Source of the DNA: an uncultured Acidobacteriota bacterium
GTDB lineage: Bacteria > Acidobacteriota > Vicinamibacteria > Vicinamibacterales > UBA8438
Reading direction: 5' to 3'
NCBI GenBank assembly: GCA_913043225.1
Contig: CAJWLU010000007.1
Span: forward strand, 32,001 to 96,000
DNA: 64,000 nt
Shown here piece by piece: positions 55,831 through 64,000 of this stretch; the first letter of the stretch is position 1; each line of letters begins with the position of its first letter. Both the position numbers and the translations under genes were made by a program. The notes beneath the pieces are model-generated. The model was not told where the DNA came from, did not search any database, and saw only the letters and a program-made list of their open reading frames with translations.

Positions 55831-57015
55831 ATGGACTCCCCGCCCACGTCTCCCACTACAGCGAAGACCCACGGCACCGTCGACGATCTGGCGCTAGTGC
55901 TGGTCGGCGGTGGGGCTCGGGCTGCCTACCAAGTCGGCTTCCTCCGCGGACTGATCCGACAACATCCGCAGCTTCGTCTCCCGATCATCACCGGCAGCTC
56001 GGCCGGCGCCATCAACGCCGTCTACCTGTCCGCTCAGGTCGGTCCGCTCAAGGAAGCGATCGACGGTCTCGTGAACCTGTGGCGCGCTCAGCGGGTCGAG
56101 CAGGTGTTCCGGGTCGACACGCCATCGTTAGCCGCGCTGGTACTGCGCTGGGGAATTCGCTTGGTCTCGGGAGGCGGCGTGCTCACTCCCGAGGTCCAGG
56201 GACTACTCGACACCGCTCCGCTCCGGGAGTTCCTCGAGCGCACCCTGCAACCGAACGCGAGCGGCGAGATCGTCGGTATAGGTCGCAACATCGCGGCCCG
56301 TCGCCTACGCGCACTCGCGGTCACCACCAGCAACTACAGCACCGGCCAGTCGGTGATCTGGTTGCAAGGGGCCGACATCGAAGACTGGGAGCGGCCGAAC
56401 CGCCGCAGCCGCAAAGCTACCATCACGGTCGAACACATCATGGCCTCAGCCGCCATCCCACTGTTCTTCCCGGCTGTCCGCCTCGACGATGGGTGGTATG
56501 GCGATGGAAGCATCCGGATGATGACGCCCTGCTCGCCCGCCATCCATCTGGGCGCGCGCCGTATTCTAGCCATCTCAAACAGGTACCAGCGGTCGGCTAA
56601 CGAAGCGGATGAGCCGCTGATCTCGGGCTACCCCCCGCCGGCCCAGATCGCCGGTCAGCTGCTCCAAGCCATGTTCCTGGACGACCTCGATCGGGACGGG
56701 TGGAATCTGCGCCGACTGAACCAGCTCGTCGCCCCGCTGCCCCCCGAACACCGGCGCGGCCTCCACCCGGTCGAGCTTGTCATCGTCCGACCATCCGAGG
56801 ACCTAGGCCGACTGGCCCGCGCCTTTGAGCCCCAGCTACCGTTTCTCTTCCGGCACCTGACCCGCAGCCTCGGCTCCAGGGATACGGCCAGCCCGGATCT
56901 GCTGAGCCTGCTGATGTTCCAGCAGGACTACATCGAGCAACTCTTGGAGCTGGGCGAAGCGGATGCTGAACGACAGGCCGACGCGGTCGCGGAATTGCTC
57001 GCACCAGCATCCTGA
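55831..57015 (+). CDS. Patatin-like phospholipase
   Basis: GGGARAAYQVG, GSSAG, ASAAIP..FP, GDGS. Confidence 0.92.
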   Translation: MDSPPTSPTTAKTHGTVDDLALVLVGGGARAAYQVGFLRGLIRQHPQLRLPIITGSSAGAINAVYLSAQVGPLKEAIDGLVNLWRAQRVEQVFRVDTPSLAALVLRWGIRLVSGGGVLTPEVQGLLDTAPLREFLERTLQPNASGEIVGIGRNIAARRLRALAVTTSNYSTGQSVIWLQGADIEDWERPNRRSRKATITVEHIMASAAIPLFFPAVRLDDGWYGDGSIRMMTPCSPAIHLGARRILAISNRYQRSANEADEPLISGYPPPAQIAGQLLQAMFLDDLDRDGWNLRRLNQLVAPLPPEHRRGLHPVELVIVRPSEDLGRLARAFEPQLPFLFRHLTRSLGSRDTASPDLLSLLMFQQDYIEQLLELGEADAERQADAVAELLAPAS

Positions 57016-57161
57016 CCCGGTACCATCTAGTCACCGTGTGGATGCGTGTGAGCGTCCCCGCGCTCCTGGTAGCGCTGAGCACCATGCGTGCGCTATCGGC
57101 CTAGGCCCGGTGTCGGCGCCGCTGGTCCCGTCTCCTCCGCCAATTGCCTACTCCGAGCGAC

Positions 57162-57244
57162 CGACTGTCGGCAGACGACAGACGCGCCATCATCGAAATC
57201 GTGAGGAAGACCAAGTGGGTGTCCCCGACTACTACTGGAACTGA
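57162..57244 (+). pseudogene. Possible 3' remnant of a conserved hypothetical gene
   Basis: RLSADDRRAIIEIVRKTK(frameshift)VGVPDYYWN-stop resembles a recalled C-terminus LSxxDRxAIxEILxxTKxxLPxYW. Confidence 0.45.
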
Positions 57245-58761
57245 TCCGTCGCGGTCTGAGCAAATCCGCTACGGATGGCCTGCCCAGGGAAAACGCCGTC
57301 CACCAGCGCTTCATCCCGCACCACGAACGTACCCCCTACCAGCACGTGGCGGATGCCTTCAGAGAAACGGTCGGGCGCCGCGTAAGTCGCTCGATCGATG
57401 ACCGCCTCGGGATCGAACAGCGTCAGGTCAGCGTCGGCGCCCACCTGAACGCGCCCCTTGGCGCGCATCGCTGGCACGATGGTCTCGAGTCGTCGGGCCG
57501 GGAGTAGCGTCATCTTGCGAATGGCGTCCATCAGTGTCAGCACCGCGCGATCACGCACATAGTGCCCAAGGATACGGGCGAAGGTGCCGGCCCCGCGCGG
57601 GTGGGCCTGGCCGTCGCTGAACGGGATCCCGTCGCTGGCCGCGATGACATCGGGCTGACTCACGATCCACTCGTTCGTCTCTTCTTCGCGCCCGTGCGTA
57701 ATCACCCATCCACCATGCTGGCGGTAGCGCTCGAACGACTCGGCCGTCAGTCGTTCGCCAGTCTCGACCCATTGCAGCCGGCCGTAAGCGTCGTCGCTCC
57801 GTCCGACCCATCCGTCGAAAAGCGCCGACTCGATGCGGCTCGCGCTGGCGGTATACGGATACGCCTCGGTCGTTATGTCAATCCCCTGGTTCACCGCCCC
57901 CCGGATCAGACCGAGCACGTCGGGCGCAGCCTCCCCCGCGCTGCTGTTCATGTGCACGATGTGGACCGACGCGCCGGTCGTAGCAGCGTTGGCGATCACC
58001 TCCTGAAACGGCGCGATGGCACCGCCGTTCCGAAACGCGCCACTCGACCGGAGGTGGATAAAGACGGGCGCGTCTCGTTCAGCTGCGACGCCGAAGAGCT
58101 GCCAGAGCTCGCGATGACTGGCGCCCGGTGTGTAGCTAATCCCGAAGCCGAAGCCCAGACCGCCCTCGTCGAGGCCGTCCGACATCAGCCGGGCGACGCG
58201 ACGAAGCTCGTCATCAGTGGCCGCCTCGTAGAGAAACGCGTCGTTGCCCCCACCCCGCCCGAGGGTGAACGTAGCGTCGCCAGCCGAGCGCGCAATCAGT
58301 CCCCCGAAGGCCTGCCGACGCGCGCCCTGGTGACTCACCGTGGCCCCGAAGTTCAGCAGCGCGCGGCCGTCACGCTCGGCGTACCACTCGGCCACCGGAT
58401 ACACCCCGATCTCGAGCTCCATCGCGGTCGTCACCCCGTCCCGCGCCTGGTATCGACTGCTCTCATGGTCCTGGCCATGCGCATGGAGGTCGATGAAGCC
58501 AGGCGCCACGACCAACCCCTGCGCGTCGAGCACCTCGTCCGCGGCCGGCTGCTGGCCGGAGACCGCCACGATGCGTCCGTCCCGTATGGCGACGTTGCGA
58601 ACCTCGTCTAGACCGGTTTCTGGATCCAGCACCCGTCCGGCTGTGATGAGCAGATCGACCGGCTCGGACGGCGGTTCCCCGCATCCGGTGACGACGCCCG
58701 TCAGCACGGCCACCGCCAGAGCCGTCCCTCGCCGCCTGCCCAGCACGTGCGCCACGCTCAC
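57232..58761 (-). CDS. N-acyl-D-amino-acid deacylase-like amidohydrolase, lipoprotein
   Basis: Lipobox VTGC; APGFIDLHAH, YTPG, EAYPY, ASDG, HPRGAGTF, GADADL; GTG overlaps the DASS stop. Confidence 0.88.
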   Translation of the reverse strand: MSVAHVLGRRRGTALAVAVLTGVVTGCGEPPSEPVDLLITAGRVLDPETGLDEVRNVAIRDGRIVAVSGQQPAADEVLDAQGLVVAPGFIDLHAHGQDHESSRYQARDGVTTAMELEIGVYPVAEWYAERDGRALLNFGATVSHQGARRQAFGGLIARSAGDATFTLGRGGGNDAFLYEAATDDELRRVARLMSDGLDEGGLGFGFGISYTPGASHRELWQLFGVAAERDAPVFIHLRSSGAFRNGGAIAPFQEVIANAATTGASVHIVHMNSSAGEAAPDVLGLIRGAVNQGIDITTEAYPYTASASRIESALFDGWVGRSDDAYGRLQWVETGERLTAESFERYRQHGGWVITHGREEETNEWIVSQPDVIAASDGIPFSDGQAHPRGAGTFARILGHYVRDRAVLTLMDAIRKMTLLPARRLETIVPAMRAKGRVQVGADADLTLFDPEAVIDRATYAAPDRFSEGIRHVLVGGTFVVRDEALVDGVFPGQAIRSGFAQTATDQFQ

Positions 58762-60194
58762 CACAGTCCAAGCACCTTCCACCACAGCATGCCAACCGGC
58801 AACCAGATCGCCAGGTTCCCAACCGAGGCATAGAAGCCGACCCGCCACCAGTCGTGCAGTGACACATACCCCTCGACGAAGATGATCGGCGACGTGGTGG
58901 TGCCGTAGTGTGTGAGACCGGCCATCAGATTGTTGACGAACACCAGACTATAGACCACCACTGGGGCAGGGGCACCCAGCCCCACGAGCATCGCCAGGAA
59001 CGGGGGGTACATCGCCAAGGCGTGAACCGTCGTGCTGGCAAAGAAGTAGTGCGTATAGAAGTAGACCACCAGCGTGACCAGAAACACGACAACCCAGGAC
59101 GTTGCGAAAAACCAGCTGCCAAACCAGGTCGCGAAGATGGTCGCCACCCCGGTGTCGTTGAGCACCCCGCCCATGGTCAAGAGCCCGCCGTACCAGACGA
59201 ACACATCCCAGGCCGACCGCTCGTCGAGCGCGCTGCCCCAATCGAGCGCACCGGTGATAAACAACACGGTGAGCCCGACAAACGCCACCAAGGTCGGCGA
59301 CAGACCATCCACCCAGGCCGAGATCACCCAGAAAATGATGAGCCCGATGAAGGTGGCGGCCACCACTGCCTCGCGACCGCGGATCGGTCCCAGCGCCCGG
59401 AGCTCCGTGTTAGCAAACGAGGAGGCGGCCGGCGTCCGGGTGAGGGTTGGCGGCAGTGTCCGGTAGACAAGATAGGGCACCACGAGGCTGGAGACCGCGC
59501 CCGGCAGTAACCCAGCGGTGAACCAGCTCGTCCAGGTGATGGTGACGCCGGCGAATTCCGCCGCCATCTCGCCCAACAGCAAGTTCGCGGCGCTGCTGTA
59601 GAAGAACATGGCCGAGGAGATGACGCTGCCCTGGTACATACAGGTCATCAGGAACCCCCCGAGCACGGCCGACGAAGCCCCCGGGTGCGACTTGTAGAGC
59701 CCGCTGATACTGCGCGCGATCGGAAACACGATGCTGGCCGAGCGGGCGGTGATGGACGGAACGCCGGTGGCCAGGGTGAGATCGGTCAGGTGGAGCGAGT
59801 AGCCAAGTCCGAGCGACGTGCCACCAATGGCTCGCACGAACCAGAGCGCCACGCGGCGCGCCAACCCGCAATCACGAAGCGCCCGCGACATCAGCATCGC
59901 CGCGAGCACCATCCAGACCGTCGGCGCGGAATACCCATCGAGCGCCCGGTCGAGCGGCACCCCCCCCACGATAAGCATCGCCGTGAGACCGAGCAGGACC
60001 ACCTGCGAGCCGGGCAACGGCTGCAGCATGAGCCCGCCGACCGTGGCGAAGAACACACCGACCTGGCGCCATTGCTCGGCGGTCACGCTGGCCGGAGAAG
60101 GCAGCAAGTGCGCCACAACGACGTAGATGCCGGCCAGCGCCAGCAGGCGCTCCCAGCGAACCGCCGGCCGCGCCGCTGCTCCGTCGGCGCTCAC
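58758..60194 (-). CDS. DASS family (CitT/TtdT-like) di/tricarboxylate transporter
   Basis: GLARRVAL, LGLGYSL, PSITARS, SSAMF, HYFFASTTVH, LTHYGT, WWKVLGLW. Confidence 0.92.
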   Translation of the reverse strand: MSADGAAARPAVRWERLLALAGIYVVVAHLLPSPASVTAEQWRQVGVFFATVGGLMLQPLPGSQVVLLGLTAMLIVGGVPLDRALDGYSAPTVWMVLAAMLMSRALRDCGLARRVALWFVRAIGGTSLGLGYSLHLTDLTLATGVPSITARSASIVFPIARSISGLYKSHPGASSAVLGGFLMTCMYQGSVISSAMFFYSSAANLLLGEMAAEFAGVTITWTSWFTAGLLPGAVSSLVVPYLVYRTLPPTLTRTPAASSFANTELRALGPIRGREAVVAATFIGLIIFWVISAWVDGLSPTLVAFVGLTVLFITGALDWGSALDERSAWDVFVWYGGLLTMGGVLNDTGVATIFATWFGSWFFATSWVVVFLVTLVVYFYTHYFFASTTVHALAMYPPFLAMLVGLGAPAPVVVYSLVFVNNLMAGLTHYGTTTSPIIFVEGYVSLHDWWRVGFYASVGNLAIWLPVGMLWWKVLGLW

Positions 60195-60287
60195 GCCGCT
60201 CGCCCCATGGTCATCCGACGCACCTTACACTTCCCAGACGCATCGAGCCAGACCACCCGGAAGACCGCGGTATAATCCGGCCTCGTC

Positions 60288-61481
60288 ATGCCCCCCCTCC
60301 ACGGACTCCGGGTCATCGACATGACGCGGGTGCTGGCCGGCCCGTATTGCGCGATGCTGCTCGGCGACATGGGCGCCGAGGTCATTAAGGTCGAAGAGCC
60401 AACCCACGGCGACGATACGCGCCTCTGGGCCCCATTTGCGGGCGGGAAGGTCAGTACCTTCTTCCTGGGCATGAATCGCAGCAAGAAGAGCGTGGCCCTC
60501 GACCTCAAGAACGCCGACGGGGCGCGCACCCTCAGAGCGCTGATCGAAACAGCCGATGTCCTAATTGAGAACTTCCGGCCTGGCAGCCTGAAAAAGCTGA
60601 GCTTCGACTACGCCTCGGTACGGTCCTGGCATCCGCGTCTCATCTTCTGCTCGATCAGCGGCTACGGGCAGCAGGGGCCGAAACGCGACCTCCCTGGCTA
60701 CGACACCGTCATCCAAGGGGAGGCGGGCCTGATGCACGTCACCGGACAGCGCGATGGCCCTCCCACGCGGGTGGGCGTGGCAATCACCGACTATCTGGCC
60801 GGGCTCTACGCGATGAATGGGATCCTGCTCGCCCTGCGGGATCGAGACGAAACTGGGCTGGGTCAGCACGTCGACATTGCCCTGCTCGACTCGATGACGA
60901 GCGCGATGTCACTGCCCGCCAATGTCCTGTTCGCGACCGGCGAAGAGCTTGGCCGCGAAGGCAACGACCATCACTCGCTCACGCCCTACGAGACGATCGA
61001 AGCCAGCGATGGGCTCGTCATCGTGGCCGCCGGCAACGAACGACTGTGGCATCAGTTCTGCCTGGCCCTTGAGCTACCCGCGCTCGAAACTGACGAGCGT
61101 TTCCGGACCAACACCGACCGAATGCGTCACCGGCCCGAGCTGAAGCAGCTGCTCGCCGAGTGTGTGAGCCGATTAAGCCGGAACGAAATCATAGGCCGTC
61201 TCCGTGCCCACGCCGTGCCATGCGGTGAAGTGCGCTCACTGGCCGAAGCGCTAGCCGACCCTCAACTACAGGCGCGGGAGATGCTGCCCAAGCTGACACA
61301 CCCCGAGCTTGGCCCCATCCAGACACTGGGCAACCCAATCAAGCTGTCTCGGACTCCGGCCGTCCTCGATCGTCCACCGCCGGCGCTCGGGGAACACACC
61401 ACCGAGATCGAAACTGAGTTAGCTGAACGTACTGGCGTCCGGTCGACCGGCCGGACGCCAGAGAACGGGCAGGAATCGTAG
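60288..61481 (+). CDS. CaiB/BaiF class III CoA-transferase
   Basis: RVLAGP, DMGAEVIKVE, NRSKKS, ENFRPG, GYD, PPALGEHT. Confidence 0.94.
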   Translation: MPPLHGLRVIDMTRVLAGPYCAMLLGDMGAEVIKVEEPTHGDDTRLWAPFAGGKVSTFFLGMNRSKKSVALDLKNADGARTLRALIETADVLIENFRPGSLKKLSFDYASVRSWHPRLIFCSISGYGQQGPKRDLPGYDTVIQGEAGLMHVTGQRDGPPTRVGVAITDYLAGLYAMNGILLALRDRDETGLGQHVDIALLDSMTSAMSLPANVLFATGEELGREGNDHHSLTPYETIEASDGLVIVAAGNERLWHQFCLALELPALETDERFRTNTDRMRHRPELKQLLAECVSRLSRNEIIGRLRAHAVPCGEVRSLAEALADPQLQAREMLPKLTHPELGPIQTLGNPIKLSRTPAVLDRPPPALGEHTTEIETELAERTGVRSTGRTPENGQES

Positions 61482-61901
61482 ATGCGAATTGCTGTCGCTT
61501 TCCTCCTGATGGGCCTCGCGGCCACCGCCGCCCAGGACGCCGAGCAGTTCAGCGGCAGGCTGTCGGTGCTGCCCGTCGATTTCTCGACCTACCAGAGGCT
61601 CTCGGGGTCCGGAGAGGTGCAGGCGGCGCTCAGCGGCCGGCTGCTCGACGTCTCCGGCGGATTTAAAGGCCTAAGTTCATCAGCCACCGCGGCTCACGTG
61701 CATCAGGCCCCCCCTGGTCGGCGTGGCCCGCCGGTGTTTACCATCGAGGTCACCGAAGCCCACGACGGACGCCTGACCGGTCAGGTCGACCTAAACGGCG
61801 AGCAGGTCGAGGCGCTGCGGGCGGGCGAGCTTTACGTGCAGATCCACACCGAGAACAACCCCGAGGGTGAAATTCGCGGGTGGCTCGCGTCGGTCTGGTA
61901 G
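61482..61901 (+). CDS. Exported CHRD domain protein
   Basis: ATAAHVH, GPPVF, GELYVQIHTENNPEGEIRG. Confidence 0.9.
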   Translation: MRIAVAFLLMGLAATAAQDAEQFSGRLSVLPVDFSTYQRLSGSGEVQAALSGRLLDVSGGFKGLSSSATAAHVHQAPPGRRGPPVFTIEVTEAHDGRLTGQVDLNGEQVEALRAGELYVQIHTENNPEGEIRGWLASVW

Positions 61902-61908
61902 ACCCGAG

Positions 61909-62301
61909 ATGCGGCTCCTCCTGCCGATCCTCTGCTCGGTCTTCCTTCTGGGCGGCTGGATGTCGGCTCAATCGGCGCCGGCTCGGTTTACCGGAAATCA
62001 GGCACGTGCCGGACGAACCGCTTACAACGACTCGTGCGCCACCTGCCACACCGCCGCCCTAGTTGGGGGCCTGGATGCCCCCCCGCTCGCCGGCGCCGAC
62101 TTCCAGGGATTCTGGGGCGGACGCCCTGCCCGTGAACTGCTCGCTTACGTCAAGGCGGCCATGCCGCCCGCCGGCCGAAAACCGGACGATACGAGCCTCG
62201 AAAGCATCGTGGCCTACATCCTCGAGCGAAACGGGATGTCGGCGAGCACTGTCCCCTTCGACGACGACGACCAGGGCGTCATCCAGCCCAGCGGACGCTA
62301 G
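61909..62301 (+). CDS. Monoheme cytochrome c
   Basis: Signal peptide; QARAGRTAYNDSCATCH, PPLAG, MPP, IVAYIL. Confidence 0.9.
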   Translation: MRLLLPILCSVFLLGGWMSAQSAPARFTGNQARAGRTAYNDSCATCHTAALVGGLDAPPLAGADFQGFWGGRPARELLAYVKAAMPPAGRKPDDTSLESIVAYILERNGMSASTVPFDDDDQGVIQPSGR

Positions 62302-62430
62302 CCGACATCGTCCGGGATTGCGTTCGGCCCCCTGGCCTCGTAATATTTGCTGCGTTTCGTTTGCCGGTGGCTCACACCGGTCATCTCCGGGTGAGAGACG
62401 CCCGCTCGACACGCGACATCTCGACTGTTC

Positions 62431-63528
62431 ATGAGCTTCACACGGCGACTATTCCTGGTGGTTATGTTTGCCGGCCTTGCGGCCGCCTGCTCGGGCGATT
62501 CGAATGCTCCGATGGCCACCCTGGCCGCCCCAACGAGCCCAGGGGCGATTCCGATGAGCTGCCCACCCGCGATGGCGCAGCAGTCCGTCGATGCACTTCC
62601 GGTCACCATGACCTGGAGTCCGCCGACGCTCGCGGGCGTCACGGTCGACCGTAGCTCGTGCGCCCCCACATCCGGGACGGCGTTCCCGATCGGCACCTCG
62701 ACGGTGACCTGCACGTCGGCCGAGCCGACCTACGCGAGCGCGTGCAGCTTCGACATCAACATCACCCCGCCGGACCCGAAACTCCGCTTCACGCGGTTCC
62801 TTGCCTTTGGCGACAGCATCACCGCGGGTTTCGTCTCGGAAGGCTTCTCGGCGCCAGGCAGCGACCCACTCCAGATCCCGGCCATGCTTCGGGCGGCGAG
62901 CAGTCGCGGCGGCGCGAGCATCTCACGGGCCGTGCAACCTCTCAACGCGTATCCCGCGGTCCTCCAGAACCTGTTGACACCGGCGTACATGACACAGCAG
63001 TTCACCGTGGCCAACGAGGGTCGCTCGGGTGAGAAGGTGGCCGAAGGCGCCGCCCGACTGAGGTCGACCCTCCTCGCCACCCAACCCGAAGTCATGATGC
63101 TCTTCGAGGGATTCAACGACATCGACCTCGCGCTGTTCGAAGCCGGTCCGAACAACACGTCCGCCATCGACGTCAGATCGATCGCCTCCGAGCTCCGGTG
63201 GATGGTGAACACGGCCGAGGGCCTGGGAGTCGAGGTGCTACTGGCAACCTTGACGCCCACCACTGCACCCCGCGAAGCCTCAGACCCCGGCACTCGGGCA
63301 TCGATCGAAGCGCTCAACGACGAGATCCGCGCGATGGCCCCGACGCTCGGGAGGGGCGGCGTCATCGACCTCTACAGCATGCTCGACGGCGTTCCGGGCA
63401 TCATCGGCCCCGACGGATTTCATCCCACCAGTGCGGGATACCGACGGATCGGCGAGATCTTCTTCTCCGAAATCGTCAACCGGCACGACGTAACGCCACG
63501 GGCGCCCTCGGCGACCCGCGCCCCGTAA
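62431..63528 (+). CDS. SGNH/GDSL hydrolase lipoprotein with HYR-like domain
   Basis: Lipobox LAAAC; SGTAFPIGTSTVTC (HYR); FGDSIT, EGFND, DGFHP. Confidence 0.88.
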   Translation: MSFTRRLFLVVMFAGLAAACSGDSNAPMATLAAPTSPGAIPMSCPPAMAQQSVDALPVTMTWSPPTLAGVTVDRSSCAPTSGTAFPIGTSTVTCTSAEPTYASACSFDINITPPDPKLRFTRFLAFGDSITAGFVSEGFSAPGSDPLQIPAMLRAASSRGGASISRAVQPLNAYPAVLQNLLTPAYMTQQFTVANEGRSGEKVAEGAARLRSTLLATQPEVMMLFEGFNDIDLALFEAGPNNTSAIDVRSIASELRWMVNTAEGLGVEVLLATLTPTTAPREASDPGTRASIEALNDEIRAMAPTLGRGGVIDLYSMLDGVPGIIGPDGFHPTSAGYRRIGEIFFSEIVNRHDVTPRAPSATRAP

Positions 63529-63645
63529 TCGCCGCCCACTGGTGACCATGGCGCAGGTGGCCTATGATGGGAGAGTCCAACTGTCCGGGGCGCATCGCGC
63601 AGGGCGAGGTTGGCCCAGTGCGAAGCGCGCCGCAGGAATAGCCGC

Positions 63646-64000
63646 GTGACACCAGCTGCCTCGCCATTTCGCCCCGGAGGCCAGTACTTCGGACCACTGG
63701 TTGCTGTGGTCATCCTGTCCGTCGTCGCCGGCCTGGGCTCGTATTACTTTTTCGGTACGGGCCATCCCGTGGAAGACGAACTGGGCACCGCCGCGCCGGC
63801 TTCGCCGCCACCCGCTCTCGTTAATACCGCCCCTCCGACCGACGCGCCGGTCGAAGAGCTGCTTCTGCCCTCACTCGACGAGAGCGATTCACTGGTGCGC
63901 GCGCTCGTCGGCGCGCTGACGTCCCACCCGGCGTTCGCTGCCTGGCTCATTCCCGACGACCTACTCCGCACCTTCGTCTTCGTGGTCCAGAACATTGCTG
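63646..64000 (+). CDS. DUF3014 family protein, truncated by the window end
   Basis: Open frame from GTG 63646: TM anchor, Pro-rich linker, LPSLDESDSLVRALV...AAWLIPDDLLRTFVFVVQNIA. Confidence 0.75.
   Translation, partial: MTPAASPFRPGGQYFGPLVAVVILSVVAGLGSYYFFGTGHPVEDELGTAAPASPPPALVNTAPPTDAPVEELLLPSLDESDSLVRALVGALTSHPAFAAWLIPDDLLRTFVFVVQNIA

Noticed and set aside
62302..62430. Possible structured leader or riboswitch before the SGNH gene
   Set aside because: Only weak inverted repeats; no riboswitch consensus recognised (an Infernal/Rfam scan would settle it)
1..64000. Prophage, IS, integron or defence island
   Set aside because: No integrase, transposase, phage structural, toxin-antitoxin or restriction motifs recognised

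Overview
GC-rich (roughly 65% by eye), gene-dense bacterial chromosome segment. Gene content suggests Acidobacteriota, probably Vicinamibacteria-like (inference): an ADOP-permease remnant, three paralogous secreted 'EYACHEGN' proteins, DUF1592/DUF1552, DUF4159, DUF5916 and PQQ propellers. It holds about 57 CDS and one tRNA-Leu(CAA). I found no CRISPR array, rRNA, integrase, transposase or prophage. Most genes encode envelope, exported or catabolic functions. Most notable items: (1) a CarD/CdnL protein with a histone-H1-like tail beside an AT-rich island carrying two palindromes; (2) two paralogous lipoprotein amidohydrolases bracketing an operon of unknown secreted proteins; (3) a mycobacterial-style pptH-pptT (phosphopantetheine eraser/writer) pair; (4) an Ltp2/DUF35/MaoC hydratase-aldolase-like operon behind rocD; (5) a Tat-exported haloacid dehalogenase; (6) recurrent leaderless-type promoters; (7) five to six decayed gene remnants hidden in intergenic DNA. 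All family calls come from motif recognition by eye, not database searches. No single novel system can be proven from the sequence alone.
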